From positions 124,001 to 188,000 of the forward strand of contig RSEE01000113.1 of assembly GCA_003971905.1 (NCBI GenBank): 64,000 bases of DNA, written 5' to 3'. Every line of letters begins with the position of its first letter. Position 1 is the first letter of the stretch. The position numbers were made by a program, and so were the translations under genes. A model generated the notes under the pieces. That model saw nothing but the letters and a program-made list of their open reading frames with translations. It did not search any database and was not told the DNA's origin. The stretch comes from Moniliella sp. 'wahieum' (Eukaryota). Shown here in pieces: positions 48,999-64,000 of this stretch.

Positions 48999-50059
48999 AT
49001 GTCACCCATGCTCCCTCGTGCTCCTGAAGGAACGCCGTTCCAGGACACGTTCAACCTCCTTGTGTTGGGCGAGTCGGGTACGTTGCTCTACCCTGTCCTG
49101 TCCAACTAACTATTTGGGGACTGACGTTGAGATGACTCGCAATCATGACCGTGCACGTTTCCCGGGGCAAAAAAAGGCGTGGGCAAGACGTGCCTCGTGA
49201 CGCAGTACATGACACCCGGTACGTTCACTCTCGAACGCCCGCTTTCCTTCTGCAAGGTGCCCGTCGACATCTCCTCCATGCTGCTCACGCCCAACGAGCG
49301 GACCTACCGAGTGAACATTGTAGGTCGGTGCTCCTGCTCTCCGTGCGGAACGTGCGACTGACCTATGGGTCCCTTCCATCTGCAGACGGCCACCGCAGGT
49401 GACGGATCGTTTGGCGGCATGACAGAAGTGTACTGCGTGGGGCGATGGGTGTGGTGGTAGTGTACGACGTATCGGACCGCAGCTCGTTCGATGGCGTGCA
49501 GCACTGGATCGAAGAAGTGGGGGAGTACGCAACACAAGGTGTACCGCTACTCCTGGTGGCCAACAAAGCGGACGATGCCACGCCGTTTCCTCGTGAGGTG
49601 AGCCGGGACGAAGGCGAAGCGTGTGCCCGCGCGATGGGCGCGCAGTATATGGAAACGTCCGCCATGACGGGACAAGGGGTGGTGGAAGCGCTGGACTGGC
49701 TGGTGCGCAGCATGCTCGACACGGTGGTGGATAACCCGGCGTTTGATGAGGCACGCAGGCATGCGGCTACCTTTCGTGCCTTGGGTCTGGCCGGGGATGA
49801 AGATGAGGACGAGGATGAGGAAAGCTCGTATGAGTCGGACCCAGATGAGGAGGAGGAAGCCAACTTGACCCCAGATGAGGGGAGCGGGAATCACCAAACC
49901 GCACCTCCGTCCGTCTTGGGCAGCGCGACCCCGCTTGCATCCGTCACCGTTTTGCCTGAAACGTCGCACCCCGCGACCAAAACGTTGTCTCGCCACCCTT
50001 CCGTGATGGGTCTGGATGTGCCTCAACCGGGCCAGGAGCAAACCGTGGCTCATGACTAG
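48999..50059 (+). CDS. Atypical Rab/Ras-superfamily small GTPase-like protein
   Basis: G1 GESGVGKT across intron 49078-49176, VVVYDVSDRSSF, G4 NKAD, G5 ETSA. Second intron about 49320-49385. Acidic tail without a terminal Cys. Confidence 0.8.
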
Positions 50060-50323
50060 GACTAGCTAACAGCGGTTTTCCTTGCTGCCGTCGCATCTGT
50101 TGCTCCTGGTTTTCTTGTTGCCTACCTTCCGACCCGTCATTTTACACTCACGACCTATTAGTCCCCCCTCTCGGTGCGGGGACTGTTACGAACATTGTCT
50201 TCTACATTCCCATCGATTCCGTGGCATGGCTTTCTCGCTCCTCAGTTCCCAACCACTATAGTGTGCATGGCAAAACAGGGGATCTCAGGGAGTAGATGAG
50301 ATGTCTCGGGATCTGGGACCATC

Positions 50324-52366
<2,043 letters not shown>

Positions 52367-52833
52367 TTACTCATGAGCTTGCGGCCCAAGAAGACCAGAT
52401 GTGATTACCTGATTATGTTTGGAAATTGCAGCCGCACAAAACGGCCGGATTTGTTTGTGCTGTTCTTGCTTTCGTTGGTTTCTGTCCTTTGGTCGAGAAT
52501 CCCAGCAAGGGTGGCAAGAGAAACGGGCATTGCTGCCACCAGCCACACGTCTAGGGCGCTCACACAATGAGACTGCACTGCCGCCCCCCCACCCCCCTCG
52601 GCGCCTAGCATAGCCGCCTTGACATTGAAAACGTCTACAGTGTGACATCGGTCAAACGGCGGCGGAATGGATTAAACGGTGTCGGTGAAAGGACATTGGA
52701 GACACAAACATGGTCAGGAACAGGGAGAGGGTGATGGTAGGGGGGATGAGAAAGGGAATGAGAAAGGGAATGGAAGAGAAGATTCAAGAAAGCATCTCGG
52801 ACAGACCCTCACTCCATCCTCAAATCCAAACGA

Positions 52834-54449
52834 TTACTCGGACCATTGGATCGAGTCAAGATCAATGCCCTCCTGCACCATCTCCCACAGCGGGGACATG
52901 TCACGCAGCTTCTGCACTACGGCAATGATCTGGTCCGCGACATAGTCGACTTCCTCGGTGGTGGTAAAGCGGCCCATGCCAAACCGGAGGGAGGAGTGAG
53001 CATTCTCGTCGTTCAAGCCAAGCGCACGAAGGACGTAGGAAGGCTCGAGGGAAGCCGACGTGCACGCCGATCCCGACGACAGGCAGATCCGCTTGAGCGC
53101 CATAAGGAGCGACTCCCCCTCCACATACTGGAAAGTCAAGTTGACACAGCCGGGGTAGCCATGCTCGTCTCCGTTGAACAAGACGTGGGTCACCTTGCTC
53201 TCGATCCGCTCGCGCAGACGCTTGGACAGCGCCGTCACATGCGCATAATCGTATTCGCGTTCGGCTTTGGCCAGACGGGCGGCCTCGCCCATTCCGGCCA
53301 CCTGAGCCGGTGCCAGCGTGCCCGACCGCAGTCCGCGCTCTTGCCCGCCTCCCGAGATGATCGGAGTCAGACGCACCCTGGGTCGACGGCGAATGTAAAT
53401 GGCCCCAATGCCTTTGGGCCCATAAATCTTGTGCGACGACATGGACACCAAATCGGCCCCAATCTCATTGACGTCAAATGCAATCTTGCCCACTGCCTGG
53501 GCCGCGTCAGTGTGGAAAAGGGGTTTGCCACTCAGTCCCGCCTCCTTGGCCAGCTGGGCTCCCTTGGTCTTGAGCAGCTGCCCAATCTCCTTCAGAGGCT
53601 GGATCACACCAATCTCATTGTTGACCGACATGATCGACACCACTGCCGTGGTCGGACGGAGAGCGTGCTCAAGGTCCTGCAGACGGATCATCCCGTTGCT
53701 CTGGACGGGAAGGTAGGTGACCTCGTACCCTTCCTCCTGCAGCGTACGGCAAGAATCCAGCACACACTTATGCTCCGTCTGTACCGTGATGATGTGGTTC
53801 TTTTTCGCGCCATAAAAGTGAGCCGCGCCTTTGAGCGCCAAGTTGTTCGACTCGGTCGCTCCCGAGGTGAAAATAATTTCCTTGGCATCCGCGCCAATCA
53901 GAGCGCCCACGTGCTTGCGGGCGGTTTCGACGGCCTCCTCTGCTTCCCAGCCATAGGCATGCGTGCGGGAATGGGGGTTGCCGTACCGGTTGGTCAACAG
54001 AGGCAGCATGGTGTCCAGCACACGTGGGTCGAGCGCTGTGGTGGCCTGCGAGTCGAGGTAGATGGGGCGCAGAGCAGTCTGGTGGGTAGGCCGCGCCTCG
54101 AGGATTTCGGTCAAGAGATCTGAGATGGAACACAAGAGGTTAGGGCGCTGGGGGGGGGTGAGGGCAGGGCAGAGCAGAGCAGAGCAGAGCAGGAGAAAGA
54201 CGTACTGCGGCCGCTGCTCTGGCTTGTGCCGCGAGGGGCGCGGGCAGTGGACGTGGGGACATCGACGGGGACAGCTTGTGGGGCGTGGGCAGACGAGGTG
54301 AGGGAGCGAGAGGAAGAGGCGATGGCGCGGCGGTGGATGGGAGCCAGGGCGGCGGCGGCGGTGGGCAAGCTGCGGAGGCAGGCGGGTGCGCCGGACGAGC
54401 TGGCAGGGAGGGTGCTGAGGGCGGCGCGCAGGGGGGTGTACGCCGGCAT
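52834..54449 (-). CDS. NFS1: Mitochondrial cysteine desulfurase
   Basis: [29 protein letters not shown] (PLP Lys), [17 protein letters not shown] (catalytic Cys). Presequence exon, intron about 54205-54120. Confidence 0.96.
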
Positions 54450-55026
54450 GGCTGGGAGGGCGATGGGCAGAGCGGTGGGCGGGGTGCGATGGATGCCTCT
54501 GTGGCTGGGGGGCAACCAGAGGCCGATGTTCGTGCGAAATAAGATGCCCTCGTCACGTGTCGTCTGCGTCCCAGCTGCTGCTGTCACCCGCCGCACACTG
54601 GCGCTGCGCGGCCGCTGCGCGCTCTTCTGCGCCTGCCTGCTAGGGTTGCCGCCTTGTTACGTGACCGCCCGCCTGGTGCGTGCATTTCAGCGGCGCCAAT
54701 GGGAGCAACGCCACGTGACCTTCCGTCCCGCCGCCGCTCGCCTGCACGTGACTGCATGCCCCCAGAGAGCGCACACCATGGGTTCCGCCCCCGTGGCGGA
54801 ATGTGGCCAGGCGCGCCGGGCGAGTGTCGGGCAGTGTGGCAGTGGCGCCCAGGCGAGCGTGGCTGGCGGGGGGGGGTGCAAGCGCGTGGAACCAAAGGCA
54901 CCGCCCGCGGCCCTTGAAAACTCGCCTCGGGACAGCGAGCTGCTTGGTCCAACACCCTCCCTCGACTCCCTCGGCGTGCGCCACCCCCACCTCCCCTCGT
55001 CCCTCGTCCCCCTTCCTCTGAGTCCC

Positions 55027-56390
55027 ATGTCGGCTCCTCCCGGCACTGGCGGGCGCAGTGTGGCGCGCGTGTATGCCAACGCCAACCAGCGCTTTGGCCG
55101 CAACTGGTGGGACTACGACAACCTCAACGTCCAGTGGGGCACCCAGGACAACTACGAGATCCTCCGCAAGGTCGGACGGGGCAAGTACTCGGAGGTATTT
55201 GAGGGTGTCAATGTTGGAGGTGTCCTCCCGCCTCAGGCGCCCATCCCGGCCCCACCTCCCGACTCCACCTCTACCTCTACTTCGGCCTCGGACGCGCCCG
55301 CTCCGGCTCCCTCCGCATCCCCCGTTCTCCCGGCCCTGCCCAGCCCCAGTCCAAACCAGATGTACCGGACAAGTGCATTATCAAGGTCCTCAAGCCCGTC
55401 AAGAAAAAGAAGATCAAGCGTGAGATCAAGATTCTTCAAAACCTGGCAGGAGGACCCAATGTGGTTGGATTGCTGGACGTGGTACGCGACCCACAGGTAC
55501 GTTTACGCAGTAGGGGGCGGTGGTCCACCTTTCTATTTGATCCCCCTTTTTTTTCTTTTGGCTGACGCATACCTCCTGTTCCTGTCCCCTTTTGTCTGCA
55601 GTCCAAAACGCCCTCGATCATCACTGAGTATGTCAACAATACGGACTTTAAGGTGCTATATCCGCGCCTGACCGACTTTGACGTGCGGTACTACCTCTTT
55701 GAGCTGCTCAAGGTACGCATGGCGCGAATCCTTGCCCTTCTCATTTTCCAAGGACGGGTTGTCGTTTAGCTGACACTTTCTTTCTAGGCCCTGGACTTTT
55801 GCCATTCGCGCGGGATCATGCATCGAGACGTGAAGCCGCACAATGTCATGATTGACCACGAGAAGCGCAAACTGCGGCTGATTGACTGGGGGCTGGCTGA
55901 GTTTTACCATCCTTACACTGAGTACAATGTAAGGGTGGCGTCGCGCTATTTCAAGGGCCCTGAGCTCCTGGTGGATTTCCAAGAGTACGACTACAGTTTG
56001 GACATGTGGTCGTTGGGGTGCATGTTTGCCTCGATGATTTTCCGAAAAGAACCGTTTTTCCATGGGCACGACAACTACGACCAACTGGTCAAGATTTGCA
56101 AAGTGCTGGGGACGGACGAACTGTATGTGTACTTGGACAAGTACGAGATTGAGCTCGATACGCATTACGACGATATCTTGGGCCGATACCCGCGCAAACC
56201 GTGGGCTCGCTTTGTCACCCCGGACAACCAGCGTTACATTTCCCCCGAAGCGCTCGACTTTTTGGACAAGTTGCTACGATACGACCACCAAGAACGGCTT
56301 ACTGCCCAAGAAGCCCAAGCCCACCCGTACTTTGACCCGGTCCGGAAGGCCAAAGCAGAACCACAGCAACCCGACGCACCGAGTGCCTAA
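55027..56390 (+). CDS. CKA1: Casein kinase II catalytic (alpha) subunit
   Basis: [50 protein letters not shown]. Introns 55497-55601 and 55713-55787. Confidence 0.96.
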
Positions 56391-58007
56391 TCAGGGTTGC
56401 CCTCCTCGCTCCCACCCTTCCCACTCCTTGTGTCTTGCTCCTTGTTCATCCGTTCTGCTAGGTACTCATTCCCAGTGCTCTTGGTCGCACACATTGGCTA
56501 CTTATCCTCTCTGGCCTTTCCCCACTCCTCTCCCCTCTCTCCTTATCCCCTCTCCAAGGTTAGGTCTCTCTCACTTTGTGTCTTTTCTTCCTTAGCCCTG
56601 TGGCTGTTGATGCATGCTCGATATTGTTGAGCACTTTCGCGGGAAATGTGTGAGCGAGACGAGAGAGGAAGCGAGTGTCGAAGCAGAGATGGACCAATGC
56701 GGGGGAGAGATCAATAGGGGGAGAAACACAATCCTTGGTCACAGCCAGGCAGGCTCAGCAGGGCTCAATTCGAGACCGCGGCTCTTGATCGTTGAGGGTG
56801 AGAGGCATGTGCGGAGGGTTATAATACTATGGTCGGCAACAAACGGGGGGTCATCTGGGATCACGCGCACGGCGGCACGCGCAGTCACGACGGACACGAC
56901 TCATGGATATCTCAGACGAGATTGATGAATGTAATGATGGACACAGGGCACGTGTCCATCCATAGTGTGTATCCCTGGGCTGTTACCGGTTACCTCCTTC
57001 CCGACCCATTACTGCCAAACTGAACGAGGCCAGTCTCTCGAGACGCGTTTGGTTTTTTCGAAGGAGCAGGGGCTGCTCAGTTGGCGAAGCTGCCGAGAAG
57101 CAGAGACACCGTGCTAACGGGGGCTCTGTTCGCCCGCCTGTGGCTCGGCATCGACTGTGGACCAAACAGCACCTGCACTCGTTGCATCCATCTCGATCGC
57201 TGCCGCCTTGGGTGGATGGGTTGTCCCCTGTTGTCCCAACACGACAATGCTAGTCTGCACGAACCCCGAGGCGAGCCAGGCGAGCACAGGCAACCGACTT
57301 GCGGGTGCGGGTTAATCGAGTCCATCATTTACCGATGGGTCACTACTTGATCGATCCGCGGGAGATTGATTGGGAAAGCACAATAGGTGTGGAATATGCG
57401 CACGTGCACACTGCCCAGGTGCTGGGCTGGGATGGCTTGAAGCTTGCTGACGCCATGCAGCGTAGCAAGCTGGCCCTCGGGCTTAGCGCTAAGCGCGGAA
57501 CGTCTGACGGCCTTTAGCTTGAACGCTGAACGTCTGAGCGCCTGAGCGCGTGTCGCGTGAAGAAGGCATGGACGTCTAACGGACGCAGTCACGCTGGCCA
57601 GCCGGCAGTGGTTCGCCGATCGTATATCACCCGCAGATGGTCGCCTCTGCATCCCAACCACGCCCGCGTCTACCGCGGCTGCCCCCGGGATGGGGTGGGG
57701 TGGGGACGAGACGGAGACCGGGGACCTGCGATGGGTACGCCGGTGGGTTGCTAATGCGTGAATACAGAGCGTGAGTACCGAGTGGGGATGCATGACGCGT
57801 GGTGCTGATGTGGGTTGGATGGCTCGTGCACCCTGGGTGCTCCCGCCAGCCCAGAGCCGTCAAGGATCATCGATCACCCCCAAGGAGACACCTCGATTCG
57901 GAATGTTTTGTATCTGGCCAACCCAACCCCTGCCGCGTTGTCCACCATCCACCACCCCGCCGGACTCCGTTTCCTCTGTTGTTCCCTACTTGTCTCCTGT
58001 GGCCACA

Positions 58008-58585
58008 ATGCCCCTCTTTGTGCTGTCTCCTGCCTCGCTCGCCCACTCGGCCCTGTTCGCTGGGTACTACTCCTACCTCACCGTCAAGGTCATTGGCCAG
58101 CGCGTCAAGACCGGGTACTACATTGGTGAGGGCCAGGGCAACGAATCCGACTCGATCAAGCATGGTGGAAACGCCGTCAACACGACGGAGGACAAGCTTG
58201 CGCTGACCAAAGCTGTGCGTGCGCACGCCAACTTTGTAGAGAACACACCCGCTGGCGTTTGGGGTTTATTTCCTGGCGGAACTCAATGGGGCCCCGACGG
58301 CGTTGGTGCACGGCGCGTACGCTACCCTCTTTGTCCTTCGTGTCCTTCAGGCCAACTTTGGGATCTTGACCCCGGGCGCCGATGGGTTCGGGCGCCCGAT
58401 TGGTACTCTGGGTACGGTGGCTCTCGCGGCGCTTGCTGGCCTGTACAATGTACGTCCCCGTTCCCGTTGCTGTTCCGTTCCTGCTGTCGCCGGCCCGACA
58501 GTGAAGGGCTACGTACTGACAGTTACCTGCGACTGTCTAGTTCAACTTGGGCTTTGAGCCTCTCAAGTCCTTCTTGGGCTTCTGA
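58008..58585 (+). CDS. MAPEG family (microsomal glutathione S-transferase-like) protein
   Basis: RAHANFVENTP, ELNG, HGAYATLFVLRVL. Intron about 58450-58540; indel near 58260. Confidence 0.8.
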
Positions 58586-59503
58586 GTCGGAACGAAGGAG
58601 ATCTGCGTAGTCATATGACTGAATCAATTGCCCTGGCTTATATGGCCTGTAACGTATGCCGGTTGAGTTGGTGTTGCGTTTATGCTCGGTAAGCGAAAGA
58701 GCAGTGGAAAAGCTAAGTGAAGTCGTAGTCAAATTGCTTCGGATCGCGTCGCCAAACGATGGTGGGAAACGTGCAGGAAGCATTTCACTCTCGTTTGTGC
58801 TATGGCGCAGCGCAGGACGCAAGACCGTGATGCTGCGTCTTGTTATACGGTGGCGTAACGCCTGGCCGGCCCACAGCGTATGAATCGGCCAACGGAAGTG
58901 GTTGCGCACACGGGGCCATGCCACTGGGGGGGGAACAATTTGCACGTTGCCACCGTTGCCACCGTTGCCACCGCCCCGATAACGGTTGGCCGCCATGGTC
59001 AGCCCATGCCACCAACGCTACGTGCCGCCGCACGATTAACATCGACATGCATTGTGGAGCTGGACAAAGGGCAGCGTGCGGTACGGAAGGGAAAAAGCTC
59101 GCTACCCAGTAAAGCTTCGGTACATGAACGAGCATGGAGTGTTGGCGCACCTCCATCCCCCCACCCATCGTCTCGCTTTAGGTTGCCTCTTCTCTCTGTC
59201 GTACCTGCTTGAATGTTCCACTGACAACGCAAGGACGTTGACCATTTTCCCTCTTCCATAGGCTCTCTAACTAATGAACAGTATCGTCTATAGCTTATCA
59301 AAGCTCTCCTTGGCTGGGCGGTCTATATGCGCACCGAAGAGAAAGTGGAGCAGCCTGAACGGATCCATACGCAAACGCAAACGTAGAGAAGTGGAGAGGG
59401 TGAATGGGAGGAAAGGGGGGGGGGATATGAACGAAATGGGGGAGAACCCTAGAGGGCCTAGCCGCCGCATTTTCTCGTAAAGGAGGCTGGGCAAACACCG
59501 CAA

Positions 59504-60927
59504 TCAGACCCGAATCCGGTGCACGTCGCGGTCGTCCGTGACGCTGACGCCCGTGTCCGAGTGGAACGGCCGCTCGGCCGCCGGGGTGATGCGAGCACCA
59601 TGACGACGGTCTTGACCGCGCGTGTCAGCGACCGGGGTGTGGGTAGTGATCCGGTTGTCCCACGCCACGACTGCGCCCGGGCCCCAGCGCACCCGAACCT
59701 GTGCATCGACGGCATCCGCATTCAACTTGAACAGCGTGTTGAGCACCGAGTCGCTCTCTTCCCGTTTGAGAGACGGGATGCGCGTGGTAAACCCGTGGTT
59801 GACAAACAAGGCGCGTTCGCCCGTGACGGGGTGGGTGCGAACGACAGGATGAATGTGGGCGACGGGGGGGCGCTTGACCACGGCCTTACCGGCCGCCTCA
59901 GAGACTTGGCTCTGCTCAAAGCCCGAGTGCTCAGCATAGAGTGTCTCGATAAACGCACGGTAGGCCGGCGAGAGACGCCGGAGCGTTTCGCGCTGGTCGG
60001 AGAAGAGTGTGTCGCCGCCCGTTTGGGGTGTGTCAAAGAGGAAGAGGAACGTGGTGCCGGGCGGGTTGGCTTCAAACGATACATCCGAGTGCCACACGGT
60101 CGGCACAAAGTCTTGCGTGTGCTCATAATTGTTGACTTCAATCCCGGGACTCTTGTAGACCAGGTGAAATTCATTGTGCCCCTTGGGCTGGCCACTGACT
60201 TGGTGCGCATGCAGACGAGGGCTAAAGTGCCTGCCAAACCGCTTGAATTCCTCAGGCCCTTGGTCGATAAAGTCTTGGTTGCCATGGAAGACGACCACGC
60301 CCCGCTGCGCAACGTACAGTCCCACTGGTCCAGTTCGTCGGGAGTAAGCTTGGTCAAGTCGACGCCTTGCACACTCGACCCAAACCGGGGCGTCAGGTCG
60401 TCCACCTCAGCATTGTCGAGGAACGAGAGCGGGTTGGCATGCTGCAACGCACGGTGGCCTACGTCGACGCTAAAAAAGAAGGCGATAACAATTTAACTGT
60501 CAGAACCCACAGTGGAGCACACGAGAAAGGAAACCGGAGGATCAACATACTGCTCCAAAGGCTCCAGGTGGGGGTCCTTGAAAAGCTTGTGCTTGTACCG
60601 CTCGTCAAACCAAGGCAGTGCCCACTTGTACTTGTAGTCGTCTCCAACGGCATCCAGGTCCAGGGGGGGCTTCTCCTGCGCAATCTTGCTCAAGCGCTCA
60701 AGTTCGGCATGGTAGGCCGCACGCGACTCGGGCAACAACGAGTCCAGGTCAGGCAGGGGTGCCTTGGTGTCGGGGTACTTGGCGTGGGCCTCCTTGTCGG
60801 CCTGCGACGGACGGGGGGCGTTGGGCCCAGGCACGGGTGCAACGTAGTCAGGCAGAACAGCCTTCTTGACCGCAGCTACCGCGGGGGGCGCTGGAGTTGG
60901 TTGGGAAGCAACAGCGACGGGAGCCAT
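59504..60927 (-). CDS. TauD/TfdA family alpha-ketoglutarate-dependent (sulfonate) dioxygenase
   Basis: LTPRFG..GVDL, WHSDVSF (HxD), GGDTLF, HPVVRTHPVTG, WDNRITTH, RRHGAR. TATAAA at 61014-61019 on the minus strand. Confidence 0.92.
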
Positions 60928-62054
60928 GGTGAGGGTGCGGGACAGAAAGGGAGAAGTGCTGCTGGTGTGGGGACAGAAGAAAGAACAGACCGAACATGGC
61001 GAATGGGAGGGTATTTATAGAGAGGTACGGGATTGTCCGGGGAATGGAAAGCGCGAAGAGAGACACGGCGGATGAGTGCGGGGAGCGGCGGGGGGGCGCT
61101 GAGAGTGTCACGAGAGGGTTGTGGTGCCGCACGCACTGTACTTGGTACGGGCGCTGTGCGATGCAGCAGGCCGTTCCCAAGGCTCCCGCTATAGTAGCTA
61201 GTGAGTGCTCAGCCACGGCGTCAGCGCGGCTGGCCGCGACACAAGGCAGCAGCCCTGCCGCCTGCCACTCGGAGTGTACACGGCGAGAGGTGGAGAGGTC
61301 GCGTGCGTAGTCGAGGACCCAACGTACTCAACCGGCCTTGTGGCGACGTGCTGGGCTGGGTGGGCGCGATGGGCAAGCACGTCAGCCGCTGGATCTCTTC
61401 AGAGCCGGTCCTGTGTCCACTATTACTATTCGTACTAGGCGGGCGGCTCCAATATACCAGCACGGGAGGAAGGGTCTGCCAACGATATTATAAGCGTGCG
61501 ACCTGCGAGGCGATGGCGTAATCTTATCGATATCGTGTCGAGATTATCTCGCCCTCCCACTGGTCATCGGTGGGGAAGTCACCGGTCACTACACGACCAG
61601 ACCCGCCCTCTGTCGCCTATCTTTTTGGTACCAATCGATCATCATCCATCCATCACGCGCGTCGGGCAGCTGTCCCGTCCATCTCGTCCTGTCCCTCCCC
61701 CGCACGGACATAGTATACGCCCGACTGTCACGAAAGTACACCATCGACAACAGCCAGCCTTGCACACTTTTCTCCTTTCTGAGACGATGCTCCTCCTTTC
61801 CTGCCTATATGGAGAGCGTCTTCGACGTCATCAATACTGACTACCCTTCTTGCCCCATCACGACCAGGCCCATGATTATCGAAAGGAGGACATTTCAACG
61901 CGTTGCAGAGGGCGTTAACAGGGATCGGACTAAAGGAGAAGATGCGATTCATCAGGGTGGGCAGGAGCGAAAGGAGGACACAGCACCAATCATAACCCGT
62001 GGTGAGGGACTTTCGTTGGTGCGGAAAAGAACGCAGAGGACAGAGCCAAGCAGC

Positions 62055-63416
62055 TTAGGTACTTGCCGAAGGGGTCTCCTTGGGGGCAGGTGTAGAGCCA
62101 GAACCTGAGCTTGGGGCCGCCTTGCGCTGGTTGAGCACATTCTTGAGGAAAACTCACCGGCCTTGTACGAGGAACGGACAAGCGGCCCCGAGGCGACATA
62201 GAGGAAGCCCATGCTCTCGGCCAACTTTTGCCAGTGCTCAAATTTCTCCGGTGGGACGTACTCGGAGACCTTCATGTGTCGCTTGGTAGGACGCATGTAC
62301 TGGCCAAAGGTCACCACATCCACATTGTGCTCCCGCAAGTCGCGCAGCGTCTGCTCAACCTCGGGTCGGTCTCGCCGCACCCCAGCATCAACGAGGTTTT
62401 GGTGATCAAGCTCGGCTGAGCCCGCTTGGCCTCAGCCAGTGCCTCGAGCGACTGGCTGTAGTGCGCGCGACGATCCCGCACAAAGGGTGTGGTGCGCTCA
62501 ACCGTTTCAAGGTTGTGTGCATACACGTCCAGCCCGGAGCGAGCCACAAGAACAATCTCCTCCTTGGAGCCACTAAAGTCGGGGACGAGGGCCTCAACCA
62601 GCGTCTTGGGCGCCCGCGCCTTGATTTCCTGGATGGTCGAAGCAATGTGCTTGGCCCCACCATCGGCAAGGTCGTCCCGGTCGACCGAGGTAAGCACAAT
62701 GTAACCCAGGCCCCAGCGGCGGATGGCCTCGGCTGTGCGTACGGGTTCCTCCGGGTCCAGCGCTTTGGGCGTCCTGCTCGTCTTGACAGAGCAGAAACGA
62801 CACGCGCGCGTACACGTGTCGCCCATCAACATGATGGTCGCCGTCGCTGCTTCTTTGCCACCCGATCCACCCCAGCACTCACCAATGTTGGGGCAGCGAG
62901 CCTCCTCGCACACGGTCGCCAATCCCAGCCCACGAACATCCTTCTTGATCCGACGGAAGTCTTCGCCTTGCGGAATGGGCGTCTTAAGGTAGCGCGGCAA
63001 CCGCGTTTCGCCCAGCCGGCCGTACTGCACGCGCCCCTCCGCAGTCCCTGTGGCGGGAAGCGCCGCATCGGCTGCAGCAGCGTGAGCAAACCCTTCGAGA
63101 TCACTCTGAGCATCACGAGCCAAGGCCTCGCGGAAGGCGAGCATGCGTGCGGAGGGGCACGAGGGGACGCAGCGGAGCCAGAGGCAGGGGCGTTGGGCGC
63201 ATCGGGGCTGGCGGGCGTGGCTGAGGCGGCCGCAGTCGCTGTGGCAGCTGCCTCGGATGCGGTGGCCAGCGCACGGAATGAGCCGAGGGAAGCAGCCAGG
63301 TTGCGTGCCGTGGGGGGCAGCAGGAGCGCGGACCCACGCGTGGCCGAGAAGAGAGCCAGGGGAAGCGAGAAGCAGGGCAGCGGTGGTCGGCTGTGCGCAG
63401 ACAAGCCAGCCAGCAA
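62055..63416 (-). CDS. LIP5: Mitochondrial lipoyl synthase (radical SAM)
   Basis: [47 protein letters not shown]. 5' end uncertain. Confidence 0.94.
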
Positions 63417-64000
63417 GCGAACGTCGCCGGTCGACTACGCCCACCACTGAACAAATATATAGATCGGTGCAATGCCGCTGACCAATCTCCGCTCCCCCGC
63501 GCGGAACGGCAGGTGGATCCTGACTGCCCCAGTACAGGGCGGGTTTTTTGGGTTTGGTTCCTCCCAACCTTACATGTCCCAGCTGTGTGTTCCTCCGTCT
63601 CGGAAGCGGCAGGGTGGCTCATTCGGTCGACCAGGCCCGTGCTTCTCAGGCCTCCTCAGCGCCCCCAGGCTATAGGTGTGGATCGCACGCACACGCACCC
63701 TCTCGGTCTCTCTGTTGTCGTTGTGCTTGGCATCCAGTGTACAAAGCATCTGAGATTTGATGCTGCATGTTGAGATCGACCCTCTCATCATCTCAGGTGA
63801 AGCTTGAAGCTTGAAGCGCGGCACCGTGGCATTGGCGGGGGAAGGCGTTTGGCCAGGATTGTAGAGCCGATAGCGGCCATCTGACTTGCGAGGAACGAGT
63901 CGAAACCCAAATAGGACATCTTGGGCCCCGCTCGACTTGAAAGCGGGAAAAGCGCAGTTCTTCATTCTGTCCTTCGCCCGGCAAGCGAGGCGTGAAACTC

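Noticed and set aside
52846..54123. 425-aa plus-strand ORF (similarly 59519-60496 and 62461-63450)
   Set aside because: Antisense shadows of NFS1, the TauD gene and LIP5

Overview
Eukaryotic, fungal DNA. Short GT-AG introns with CTRAC-like branch points, compact genes and high GC suggest a basidiomycete, possibly Ustilaginomycotina (inference). About 20 protein-coding genes are supported: MFS (DHA1-like) transporter, betaine-type aldehyde dehydrogenase, mRNA triphosphatase, RPS1, SAD1/USP39, TMEM14, a GPI13-like protein, an orphan gene, importin KAP123-like, cytochrome b561-like, GND1, thiolase, PRM10/ThrE-like, a small membrane protein, an atypical Rab-like GTPase, MSE1, NFS1, CK2 alpha, MAPEG, a TauD dioxygenase and LIP5. 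Almost all carry single-base frameshifts, even essential genes. This points to uncorrected long-read errors, so CDS ends are approximate. Non-coding highlights: an 829-bp solo LTR with a 5-bp TSD; a ~9 kb gene-free tract holding a diverged ~143-bp inverted repeat, spaced palindromes and hairpins; a structured intron in KAP123; and pervasive fold-back micro-repeats between genes. Protein highlights: a GPI13 homolog that has lost several metal-ligand motifs and gained an insert, and a Rab-like protein lacking the DxxGQ motif and prenylation cysteines. No CRISPR array, rRNA or convincing tRNA was seen.
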